Shown in pieces: positions 49,064 through 57,836 of a DNA stretch of 64,000 nt. How positions within the stretch are numbered: the stretch's first letter is position 1; each line of letters opens with the position of its first letter. The stretch lies in the NCBI GenBank assembly GCA_041690135.1, contig JAWLHY010000010.1, positions 64,001 to 128,000 on the forward strand, in the 5' to 3' direction. The notes beneath the pieces were generated by a model. That model had not been told where the DNA came from and searched no databases. It was given only the letters and a program-made list of their open reading frames with translations. A program made the translations under genes and the position numbers. Source of the DNA: Armatimonadota bacterium (GTDB lineage Bacteria; Armatimonadota; SYMT01).

Positions 49064-50080
49064 CTAATTGCTGGGGAAGAACTCCGCCAGCGTACGGCCC
49101 GCCTGGGAAACGGTCTGCCGATCGATCCCCAGTCCGGTGGACATGCGCCCGATATCTCCCCCGTAATCGCCGCGGAGGCGGTTCATCAGTACGGACACCG
49201 GCTGCCCGGTGCGGTGCGCCAGGTAGGCCAACTCCCCGGCACGGGTCGGTGATTGGCCGCGAAGCCGCCGGATGTCGTCATCCGAGAGTCGCAGGATGAT
49301 CTCACTAGCTGCAACGTCCCCAACCATCACCCGCGGCGTGCCTGCAGGTCCCAATGCCTGCCGTTGACCGGCCACGAGGCCTGAAGTCGTGCCCATCGCG
49401 GAAATCGCCGCCGGGAGCCCCACGATCTGCCGGGCCATCTGCAGATGATCACGGACGGCGGGTGCAAACCGCGATGCATAGGTCCTCACCCCGGCGTCGC
49501 CGGCCTGGTGGGCGTGGAGGTCATAATCGGCCAACGTGCGGGCGTGTGCCTTTAACTGGTAGCCCATATATGCCTGGTCGAATCTCTCACCGCTCAGTCC
49601 GGTGAGAAGCTCGCGGACCTCCTGAAGTTCCACCGGCATGTGCCGCAGGCCGAGCGCATCCAGGGTCGCCAGGTCGGCATCACGCAAGACTGTGGCGCCG
49701 CGATCCGCGGGCGCCATCCGGTCCGACAGGCCCAGCAATGCGTCCCGCTCGGCCGGAAGGGTTACATCCGCACTTCCAGCGAGGGCCATCAATTCCTGTT
49801 GGGCCTGCCGGTGCTCCTGGATCATTCTTTCCGCAAACTGCCGGACCTGGTTACGGGAGGCTCGCTGCACTGCCATCCGGGAGAGATCGATCTCGGCCAT
49901 GTTGCCGAGCGCCGCCGCGATCACGAAACGGCGATCCATCATTGATAGCCGGCCCTGACCGGCGGGCGTACCGGCAGCCTGGGCTTGCACGGACGGGGCC
50001 GCACTCGAGAGCAGGACCGTTCCGGTCAAAGTAGTCAGAACGAGAGTCAAGAACTTCCTCACGGTGTTCCTCCAGCGCAT
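49064..50080 (-). CDS. DUF4142 secreted protein with extra C-terminal domain
   Basis: Signal peptide; DRRFV..AA.GNMAEI.LS..A, V.QFAERMIQEH, FDQAYM, DHLQMAR. Confidence 0.85.
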   Translation of the reverse strand: MRWRNTVRKFLTLVLTTLTGTVLLSSAAPSVQAQAAGTPAGQGRLSMMDRRFVIAAALGNMAEIDLSRMAVQRASRNQVRQFAERMIQEHRQAQQELMALAGSADVTLPAERDALLGLSDRMAPADRGATVLRDADLATLDALGLRHMPVELQEVRELLTGLSGERFDQAYMGYQLKAHARTLADYDLHAHQAGDAGVRTYASRFAPAVRDHLQMARQIVGLPAAISAMGTTSGLVAGQRQALGPAGTPRVMVGDVAASEIILRLSDDDIRRLRGQSPTRAGELAYLAHRTGQPVSVLMNRLRGDYGGDIGRMSTGLGIDRQTVSQAGRTLAEFFPSN

Positions 50081-50358
50081 GGGTCCGTGATTGCAGAACT
50101 CCCGGCAGACGAAGGAGTGGTCGTTCCGAAGTAGGCGCAGGGGTTACTCCGGCCGGGTGGTCGCGTCGCTGGTTGCGAGAGTGCTGCAAAGGAGCCAGTT
50201 ACGGCGCAACTTACCCGTGGGGATGGCGCTCCAAACCGCCGTTCCCAGGCGCGAGCCTGCCCGTTCGGCACTCCGGGCAGGGGGGCCTAACCGGAGTAGA
50301 AGGTGGTACGCGTACCCTATGGGGACGCTTTCCGCTCCTACTGAATCCGTGGGGTCCC

Positions 50359-51852
50359 CTATCTCCGGCCCGGTGGTGGGTAGCCTTTGGCGGCGTCATC
50401 CAGGACGAGGATCCAGTCGAGTTGCTCGCCGGGATCGGGGGAGAGGAACTCGCGGGTGCCGGAGTTCGGGAACTCGCCGATGGCCGAGGCTTTACCGCTG
50501 CGCGGGTTGTACCACCAGGCCTTCACCTTTGGGCCGGTGATCTTGTCCATCCGCACCGAGAACCGGCGACCGACCGGGACATAGACCATGGCATAGGTGC
50601 CGGCCGCGTCGCGCGTGGCGACAAAGCGGTAGCGCCCGGCGCCCGGGATAGACGTGGCGACCCGATCCGTGACGATGATCGAATCGTCCGGGATGCGGGT
50701 GAGGAAGGGTCGCGACTCGAGAAGCCGGCGCCCGTATTGCATCTGTGCTGCGCCCGGCTGGTCGATCGCTTTGTGCCAGGGCATGAGGGGGTTGTTCACC
50801 GGGTTTCGGCCCGGCTGCCACATCTGCCACACGGAATGGTGGCCATAGGTGTGACCGAACGCCCCGGTAAAGAGATTCCAATAAAGCGGTCGCCGCACGT
50901 CGGTGGAGGTCGAATGGCCGAAGTCGGAGGCCTTGAAGGAGACCGGGTGGTCTTCGTAGACGGGCTCGCCATCGATCACCGGCTTCACCGGGGCCCGGTC
51001 GTAATCCGTCCGGGTAGTGGCATAACGCGGGTTGAACTCCGCTACGTGGCCGTTCTGCCGCATGTTGAAGTCGAGCCAGTCCGCGTCATGGAACCACTGG
51101 GCGGAACCGGCGCCGCCGGGCGGATGGAAGGTGATCAGGTGTGAACCGCCGTCTCCCTTGCGGAGGCCTCGCGCCATGGCGTCGATAATGGCCCGATGGC
51201 CCTCGCTCTCGATGGGCCGGTCGCCCCCCACAATCCAGATGATGGGACGGTCCCGGTAACGGCGGCCCAACCACTCTCCGTAGGCCAGTGCGTTCTGCGG
51301 CGTGAAGATCTCCGGCCCCACGCCCCACTTCTTATTCCACTTGTCGCCCCAGGTCGGAAGCATCCCGATGTACAGGCCCAACTCCGCTGCCCGGTCAACC
51401 ACCCAGTCCACGTGCCGGAAGTACTCTTCGTTCGGCTGGGTCGGGTCGTCATTCTTCAGGGGCGTGTGACCATAGGGGTTCGGAACATGCAAACCGTCCA
51501 GTTCCGCGAGAACTACGGCCTGGATGACGGTGAAGCCCTTGGCGGCGCGGTCGCGGAGGTAGCGGTCCGCTTCTTCCCGGTCCAGACGGTGGAAGAGTTC
51601 CCAGGCGGTATCCCCCAGGTAGAAGAACGGCGAACCATCCTCCTCGATCAGAAAGCGCCGGTTCTCACTGACCCTGAGGCGCGGCAATCGCATGCTTCTC
51701 TTTCCCTTCTGTAAGGCGGTGGCAGCCGGAGAACCCGCACCTTGCACCTGCCTCACGGCTTGCGTCGTTGGGCGCGTGGCGGCGGCGGGTGTCCTCGCGA
51801 CGGCGGTGGAAACCGTGAGACACGCCAGGGTGGCGGCGAGAGCCGTTCGCAT
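50359..51852 (-). CDS. GH140-like (apiosidase-like DUF4038) glycoside hydrolase with collagen-binding-like C-terminal domain
   Basis: [59 protein letters not shown]. Confidence 0.9.
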   Translation of the reverse strand: MRTALAATLACLTVSTAVARTPAAATRPTTQAVRQVQGAGSPAATALQKGKRSMRLPRLRVSENRRFLIEEDGSPFFYLGDTAWELFHRLDREEADRYLRDRAAKGFTVIQAVVLAELDGLHVPNPYGHTPLKNDDPTQPNEEYFRHVDWVVDRAAELGLYIGMLPTWGDKWNKKWGVGPEIFTPQNALAYGEWLGRRYRDRPIIWIVGGDRPIESEGHRAIIDAMARGLRKGDGGSHLITFHPPGGAGSAQWFHDADWLDFNMRQNGHVAEFNPRYATTRTDYDRAPVKPVIDGEPVYEDHPVSFKASDFGHSTSTDVRRPLYWNLFTGAFGHTYGHHSVWQMWQPGRNPVNNPLMPWHKAIDQPGAAQMQYGRRLLESRPFLTRIPDDSIIVTDRVATSIPGAGRYRFVATRDAAGTYAMVYVPVGRRFSVRMDKITGPKVKAWWYNPRSGKASAIGEFPNSGTREFLSPDPGEQLDWILVLDDAAKGYPPPGRR

Positions 51853-51913
51853 CGGAACCTCCAGGACAAAAATAGCCATTTAGGGTGTTGCTGGCACATT
51901 CGATCGCGGGCAG

Positions 51914-52114
51914 GCATGCCCCGGATACCCCGAAGGGGTGACGGGCTGCACTGCGGGGGCCAATCGTGCAGCAGTCGTCCCGAATCACCCGGATCGCCGG
52001 TGCCAATCTCGAATCGGGAGCGGCGCAGTGCAACCCAGACGGGGCGTAGGCCTGCGCACGAAGTGTTTGGGCTGCAGTGCAATCCATCACCCCTTCGGGG
52101 TACCCGACGCATGC
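51914..52114. repeat. REPIN/MITE-like element with 33-bp imperfect terminal inverted repeats
   Basis: 51922-51954 matches the reverse complement of 52074-52106 at 29/33; core ACCCCGAAGGGGTGA; GCATGC on both outer flanks. Confidence 0.8.
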
Positions 52115-52254
52115 GCTGCAACCGATCATACGGCCGATCGTGCTGAGTTTCCGCGGAGCAGGTCTCTTTACTCCAACTGTTGGAGTGTCGTCCAGTGTCG
52201 TTTGGAATAGTGCGCCGGCCGCCGGGTCAACACTCTCGACATCGGAGGGTCGGA

Positions 52255-53853
52255 TCAGGCACTACTCCCCTGGCTCTGGGCGGGAAGCGCGGAAGATGCA
52301 GCCGTGACGACCTGGTTCCGCCCGCTCTCTTTGGCCCGGTAGAGGTAGCCGTCCGCTACGGCCAGGACGCGCTCGAAGCCCTCCTGGCTAAGGTCGTCGC
52401 TGACCCCCATGCTCATGGTGACCCGAAGGTCCGGATGGACCTGGTGCCAGGGATAACCTTCGATACTCCTCCGGAGGTTCTCACAGCACACGCGGGCCTG
52501 TTCCGCCGAAGTCTGTGGAAAGGCAATCACGAATTCCTCACCCCCATACCGGGCCACCAGATCGCTCTCGCGGACCTGGCTGCCCAGGATTCCCGCGACG
52601 CGGCGGAGCACCTCGTCGCCGGTGCTGTGGGAGAAGCGGTCGTTGATCCGCTTGAAGAAGTCGATGTCGCCGATCATGAATGCCAACGGCTGGCCGTAGC
52701 GGCGCGCTTCGGCAAACATCCGCGCGGCCTGCTCGTCGAAGTGCCGCCGGTTGTAGAGCTGCGTGAGCCCGTCGCGAATACTCAGTTCCTTCAATTGATC
52801 CGCCTGGGCCCGGATCTGTTCCGCAGAGGCTGCCAACTCCTCGTGGGCTCGTGCCAGGTCGCAGCTCATCCGGTTGAAGGCCCGTGCCAGGATGCCGACC
52901 TCATCCAGAGATCCGACCTGGACGCTCTGGCGGAGCTGGCCTTCCCGCATCAGGCGGGTAGCTTGCGTCAGATCCCGGAGACCGGCGCAGAGGCGGCCTC
53001 CAGCGATCAGGCCGAAGACCAAAGTGAAAACTGCGGCCACCACCGCCCCCACCACGAGCGCCTCCCGGATGGCCTGCAGGTAGGCTTGGTCGTCGTCTGT
53101 GAGGTTCGGGGCGGAGAGAGGCGCGGTGTAGCCGATCAGCTTACCCTGGACCTGAAGCGGCGATGCCTTTTTCCGGACGTCCGCATCGACCACTTGCCCT
53201 TCGAGGTAGGTCTCATTATCACCTGATAGCACCTTGCCATCCGGGCCGATCAACAGGAAGCGAAATGGTGGGACTGTGCCCTCGGTCCGCTGCCCGGCCA
53301 TGCGAGATTCCGTAGGGGGGCCAACCCCAACGTTCGGGTTCCCGGGGCCAACGTGCGGAGCGTAAGGTCCAGGCGGCCCCCAAGGCCCGGGGCCCTGCAT
53401 GGGCCCACCCGGAGGGGGCGGAACACCCTGCCGTGGAGGCGCGCCGCCCCTACTATCCATTCCGCCACCCGCCGGCATAGGCGCCGCTTCCGGCCGACGT
53501 ACGCCCAGCCAACCGACCACGTTCTCCAGAGCACCGCCGGTTTCCGCACGGCTGGGAGGAGGCCCCTGGCGTCGACTGAACTCACCAAAGACCTCCGCCT
53601 GGGAGGCTTTTCCCCAGGACCCGTAGGCTTCCACGTATGCCGCCACGTCGTTCCGGAAACGAAGATAGGCGCTGTCCAAATCCGCCTGGCCGAACTCGCG
53701 GAAGAGCATCCAGTGCGCAACGGACCCGATACAGGCGATAGCCATGAAGCTGGTGAAGAGGAGCGCCAAGGTGAACTTCACGCGCAGGGACATGGTCCGC
53801 CATCCCGCGGGAAAGACGGGCCATCCGTGGCTGGATTTGGATCGCTGCATCAT
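52255..53853 (-). CDS. Membrane diguanylate cyclase (2 TM, HAMP, GGDEF)
   Basis: DEVG.LA.AFNRM (HAMP), DGLTQLYNRR, DIDFFKRIND, RESD I-site, RYGGEEF; start may be near 53793. Confidence 0.95.
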   Translation of the reverse strand: MMQRSKSSHGWPVFPAGWRTMSLRVKFTLALLFTSFMAIACIGSVAHWMLFREFGQADLDSAYLRFRNDVAAYVEAYGSWGKASQAEVFGEFSRRQGPPPSRAETGGALENVVGWLGVRRPEAAPMPAGGGMDSRGGAPPRQGVPPPPGGPMQGPGPWGPPGPYAPHVGPGNPNVGVGPPTESRMAGQRTEGTVPPFRFLLIGPDGKVLSGDNETYLEGQVVDADVRKKASPLQVQGKLIGYTAPLSAPNLTDDDQAYLQAIREALVVGAVVAAVFTLVFGLIAGGRLCAGLRDLTQATRLMREGQLRQSVQVGSLDEVGILARAFNRMSCDLARAHEELAASAEQIRAQADQLKELSIRDGLTQLYNRRHFDEQAARMFAEARRYGQPLAFMIGDIDFFKRINDRFSHSTGDEVLRRVAGILGSQVRESDLVARYGGEEFVIAFPQTSAEQARVCCENLRRSIEGYPWHQVHPDLRVTMSMGVSDDLSQEGFERVLAVADGYLYRAKESGRNQVVTAASSALPAQSQGSSA

Positions 53854-54028
53854 CCGCTCCCTCCTTCCGGCTCGATCTATGTCTCTCCCGGCTTGTGGGC
53901 CAGGCTATCACACCCCTTAGACGAAATCGGTTGCCAATCAGTCCGGCATGGGGTCTCTTTTTCCTGTTAGCATGCTGATGGCAACTCCATCTCGCTTCTT
54001 CAACCAGGTTTCGCTTTTGGAAGTCACC

Positions 54029-54853
54029 ATGCCCGTCGAGTCCCCCTACCCCTCTGCAAACGAACTGATGTCTTTGATCGGCCAGGTCGGCCGGCGTATG
54101 GCCGAGATCGACGCCAGCGAGGGCGCGGCCGGCAACATCTCGGTGTACACCGCCTGGGCTCTGGAGGCGGGGCACGCGTTTACGGAAGTCGAGCTGCTCG
54201 ACCTTCCCGAACCTGCTCCGGAACTGGCGGGCGGGTCGCTGTTGGTGACGGGGTCGGGGCGTCGTCTGCGAGAGATCCACGACGACCCGGAAGCCAACCT
54301 GGGACTGCTACAATTTGGCGCGGACGGCCGGACAGCGCTGCTCCACACCTCTCACCGCCGCCTGTTTGCGCGATTGACCAGCGAATTGAATTCACACCTG
54401 GCGGTGCACCGAGACCAGGTCGCGCGGACCGGCACCAACTTCCACGCGCTGGTTCACGCGCAACCGCTCCACCTGACCTACCTCAGCCACATTCCGCGCT
54501 ACCAGGACACCCTGTACCTCAACCGCCACATTCTCCGGTGGGAACCGGAATGCATCGTCCACTTTCCGGAAGGGGTCGGCTACATCCCGTTCATGGTGCC
54601 GGGCTCGTCGGAGCTGATGGCAGCCAACGTGGAGATGCTGCGCCGACACCGGATGGTACTCTGGGCGAAGCACGGGGTAATGGCCCGCTCGGACAGTTCC
54701 GTGAAACGGGCCTGCGACTGGATCGAATATGCGGAAACGGGAGCCCGGTATGAGTACCTCAACCTGACCAACCACGGACTGGCGGACGGCCTCACCGCCG
54801 CGGAGATTCACGCTGTTTGCGAGGCGTTCGGAGTGAAACAGGAGATCTTCTGA
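54029..54853 (+). CDS. Class II aldolase, rhamnulose-1-phosphate aldolase (RhaD)-like
   Basis: EGAAGNIS, VTGSG, TSELNSHL, VHAQP, WAKHGV. Confidence 0.88.
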   Translation: MPVESPYPSANELMSLIGQVGRRMAEIDASEGAAGNISVYTAWALEAGHAFTEVELLDLPEPAPELAGGSLLVTGSGRRLREIHDDPEANLGLLQFGADGRTALLHTSHRRLFARLTSELNSHLAVHRDQVARTGTNFHALVHAQPLHLTYLSHIPRYQDTLYLNRHILRWEPECIVHFPEGVGYIPFMVPGSSELMAANVEMLRRHRMVLWAKHGVMARSDSSVKRACDWIEYAETGARYEYLNLTNHGLADGLTAAEIHAVCEAFGVKQEIF

Positions 54854-54862
54854 GCGTCTCGC

Positions 54863-55549
54863 TTACGCGTAGGCAATCCAACCCCGCCACGAGAGGCCCG
54901 CAAAGAAGAGCTCGGCAACCGTGAACCCAGCTTCGGTCAGCAACGCCTCCTCCCGGGCGGGCGACACGGGGTGGAAGCTGCTCCGTATCGCCGCCTTCAT
55001 TTCCTCTCCGCGTTCGGGATCGGAGCCGGCGAACCGCATGAACCGCTCCCACTTCTGGTCCGCGTCCGGCGCGGTCAGGTCGATGCAGTGATCGACGATG
55101 GCGAAGGGGCCGCCGGGGACGAGGCGCTGGCGGATGGAACGCAGGGCTTCCAGCTTGTGCCCGTCGTCGGGCAGGAAGTGTAGCGTGAGAAGGCAAGTGG
55201 CGGCGTCGAACGGGCCGGGAGGTGCGTCTGGGAGGAAGCCCTCCATTAACTCCACCCGCTCCGCCAGTTCACCCAGCGTCCGCCTCGCCTGATCCAGCAT
55301 GGGGCGCGATGGGTCCACCCCCACGAACATCCAACCCGGCTGCGCCTGCGAGAATGCGAGCAACTCCATTCCGCCTCCGGCGCCCAGCACAAGTAAACGG
55401 GCTCGAGACCCCACGCGCTCCGCCAGCAACTGCACCACCATGCGATGCAGGGTAGCGAAACCGGGAATTGCGCGACCCGGGCCTTCCGCATACCGGCTGA
55501 CGCGTTCCGGATCGGTGAAAACCGGGTGGACCGGACTTGATTTCGACAT
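54863..55549 (-). CDS. Class I SAM-dependent methyltransferase
   Basis: LVLGAGGGME, GVDPS..ML, FDAATCLLTLHF, L.PGG. Confidence 0.92.
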   Translation of the reverse strand: MSKSSPVHPVFTDPERVSRYAEGPGRAIPGFATLHRMVVQLLAERVGSRARLLVLGAGGGMELLAFSQAQPGWMFVGVDPSRPMLDQARRTLGELAERVELMEGFLPDAPPGPFDAATCLLTLHFLPDDGHKLEALRSIRQRLVPGGPFAIVDHCIDLTAPDADQKWERFMRFAGSDPERGEEMKAAIRSSFHPVSPAREEALLTEAGFTVAELFFAGLSWRGWIAYA

Positions 55550-56100
55550 GGCACATCCCTCGTATCGCAGTCATTCTTCGAATCTCTGTCGGACCTTTCG
55601 ATCGCGCAATCTGGTCATGCGCGCCGATAGGGAGACCGGCTGGACTATGATACGCGGGTTTCGGGGCTGGAGCTTTGCTAGTTATGGCCGGACTCATACC
55701 TGAACCGTATGAATGAAACGACCCGGCCGTCCTTCGCAAAAAAGGCAGCTAACTACGCCCCTGCAGACGAGCCATTAATCCCTTACCAGTGCGCTTCTGC
55801 GCAAAACGCACGCAAATGGTGTTGCTTCGGAAAACTAGCGCGCGTCATCCATACGGACCTGCGGTTTGCGAGCCCCAACCGGTCCGTCGCTAGCCACGCG
55901 CGCCGTACTTTGGTGGGTGTCGCTTTCGAGTGCGAGATCCGTCCAATGCGGGGCGCGAGTTTACCCGGCGTAGCATAGGGCAATCCCCCTGGTGACCGCA
56001 GTGGGGCTCGACCCCGGTAGGTCGCCCTCCGACCCTTGGGTTCCGCAGCGAATGCTGCAAAGCGGGCGAACGGTGGTGAAGGCGGCGGCGCAGAGGACAG

Positions 56101-56139
56101 GGGGATTGACGCAGTCGCTATGGCTCCCTCGCAATGACG
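56101..56139 (-). repeat. GTCATTGCGAG...CAATC palindromic-element-like sequence
   Basis: Minus strand CGTCATTGCGAGGGAGCCATAGCGACTGCGTCAATCCCC resembles a widespread short dispersed element (recalled pattern, not searched). Confidence 0.5.
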
Positions 56140-56217
56140 CCTTCCTCTTTGGTTCCGGCTACGCCGGGTAAGGGGGTGTGTGGAAGTAACTGAGCAGGTA
56201 AGGTACGCCACTTGGAG

Positions 56218-56245
56218 GCCGACACCCACTCCCGCGGATACCCGG
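56218..56245 (-). repeat. REP-like copy 4 (diverged)
   Basis: Minus strand CCGGGTATCCGCGGGAGTGGGTGTCGGC. Confidence 0.6.
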
Positions 56246-56335
56246 CGCCGTCACTCCGGCAAGCCTCGCTGATCCGAGTGGAGAAACAGGTTCGTGCCGC
56301 GTGGTCAAAACTGTTCAGATACTTCCCCCATCCCC

Positions 56336-57823
56336 TTAGCTCCGGAGCAGGCCCTGGACCACATTTCCGAACACATCGGTGAGCCGGAAGTCGCGGCCCT
56401 GGTAGTGGTAAGTGAGCCGGGTGTGGTCGATGCCGAGCTGGTGTAGGAGCGTGGCCTGCATGTCGTGGACGTGGACTGGGTCGCGGCCGACGTTGTAACA
56501 AAAATCGTCGGAGGCGCCGTAGACGGTTCCACCCTTGAAGCCTCCGCCCGCGACCCACATGCTGTACACGGAGCCGAGGTGATCGCGCCCGTGGCCGTTC
56601 GGCTTGGTCAGGTCGCCCTGAACGAAGACGGTGCGGCCGAACTCGCTGGCCCAGAGGACGATGGTGTCGTCCAGCATTCCTCGCTGCTTCAGGTCCTTGA
56701 TGAGGGCGGCGGAAGGCTGGTCGGTGTCCTTGCACTGGACCGCGAGCTGTGTGCTCAGGTTTCCATGCTGGTCCCACCCGGAGTGCATCAACTGCACGAA
56801 GCGGGTCCCCCGCTCGACCAACCGGCGCGCCAGCAGGCAGTTGCGGGCATACGAGCCGGGCCGCTCCACATCCGGACCGTACATTTCCAGCACGTGCTTC
56901 GGTTCTTTGGAAACATCGAGCAACTCGGGCACCGAAGCCTGCATGCGGTAGGCGAGCTCGTACTGGGTGATACGGGTCTCGATTTCGGGGTCGCCGTAGT
57001 CGGCCAGCCGCTTCCGGTTGAGCTCGGCGATGTCGTCCAGCATCCCCCGCCGCAGATCCCGGGTTACCCCATCCGGGTTGGCCAGGTAGAGGACCGGATC
57101 CCCCTCCCCCCGGAACCGGACCCCCTGGAACTTCGACGGCAGAAAGCCGCTGCCCCAATAGTAGTCGTAGAAGAGCTGGCCGCATGTCCGTCCCACGTCG
57201 GTAGAGGTCATCACGCAGAAGGCGGGAAGGTCGCTGGTCATGCTCCCCAGGCCGTAGGTAGCCCAGGCCCCCATGCTGGGACGGCCGGGAATCTGGCTGC
57301 CGGTGAGCATGAAGGTGACGCCCGGCGCGTGGTTGACCGCCTCCGTGTGCATCGAGTTGATGAGGCAGAGGTCGTCCGCCACGGAGCCCAGGTGCGGCAG
57401 CAACTCCGAGAGCCACATCCCGCTCTTCCCAAACTGCTTGAACGGGCGGATAGGCGGCAACACCGGGTAAGACTTGTAACCGGCGGTCATCGTCGAGAGG
57501 CGGGCCTTCGATCGCACTGAATCTGGCACCTGCTGACCGCGCTGTGCTTCCAGGCCGGGCTTGTGGTCGAAGAGGTCTACGTGCGATGGGGCTCCCCCCT
57601 GCCACAGGACGATCACCCGCTTGGCGCGCGCCGGGAAGTGCGCCCCGGCCGCTCCGGACTTCGTGGCTGCCAGTGCACCGGAAGAAGATCGCGAGGCAAC
57701 GGGCGCGGCCAGGCCCTCCTCCTGCAGCAGGGTAGCCAGGGCCGCCACGCCGATCCCGGACGCCGTGCGCCCGAAGAACTCCCGGCGGGATAGGTGCAGA
57801 TCTTTCTCGAATTGAGGGTTCAC
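56336..57823 (-). CDS. DUF1501 family protein, Tat signal
   Basis: SRREFFG, PARAKRVI.L...GAPSHVDLFD.KP, GRPSMGAW..YGLG, CLLARRLVERG, GWDQH, SEFGRT, GRDH. Confidence 0.95.
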   Translation of the reverse strand: MNPQFEKDLHLSRREFFGRTASGIGVAALATLLQEEGLAAPVASRSSSGALAATKSGAAGAHFPARAKRVIVLWQGGAPSHVDLFDHKPGLEAQRGQQVPDSVRSKARLSTMTAGYKSYPVLPPIRPFKQFGKSGMWLSELLPHLGSVADDLCLINSMHTEAVNHAPGVTFMLTGSQIPGRPSMGAWATYGLGSMTSDLPAFCVMTSTDVGRTCGQLFYDYYWGSGFLPSKFQGVRFRGEGDPVLYLANPDGVTRDLRRGMLDDIAELNRKRLADYGDPEIETRITQYELAYRMQASVPELLDVSKEPKHVLEMYGPDVERPGSYARNCLLARRLVERGTRFVQLMHSGWDQHGNLSTQLAVQCKDTDQPSAALIKDLKQRGMLDDTIVLWASEFGRTVFVQGDLTKPNGHGRDHLGSVYSMWVAGGGFKGGTVYGASDDFCYNVGRDPVHVHDMQATLLHQLGIDHTRLTYHYQGRDFRLTDVFGNVVQGLLRS

Positions 57824-57836
57824 GGCTCGGCACTTC

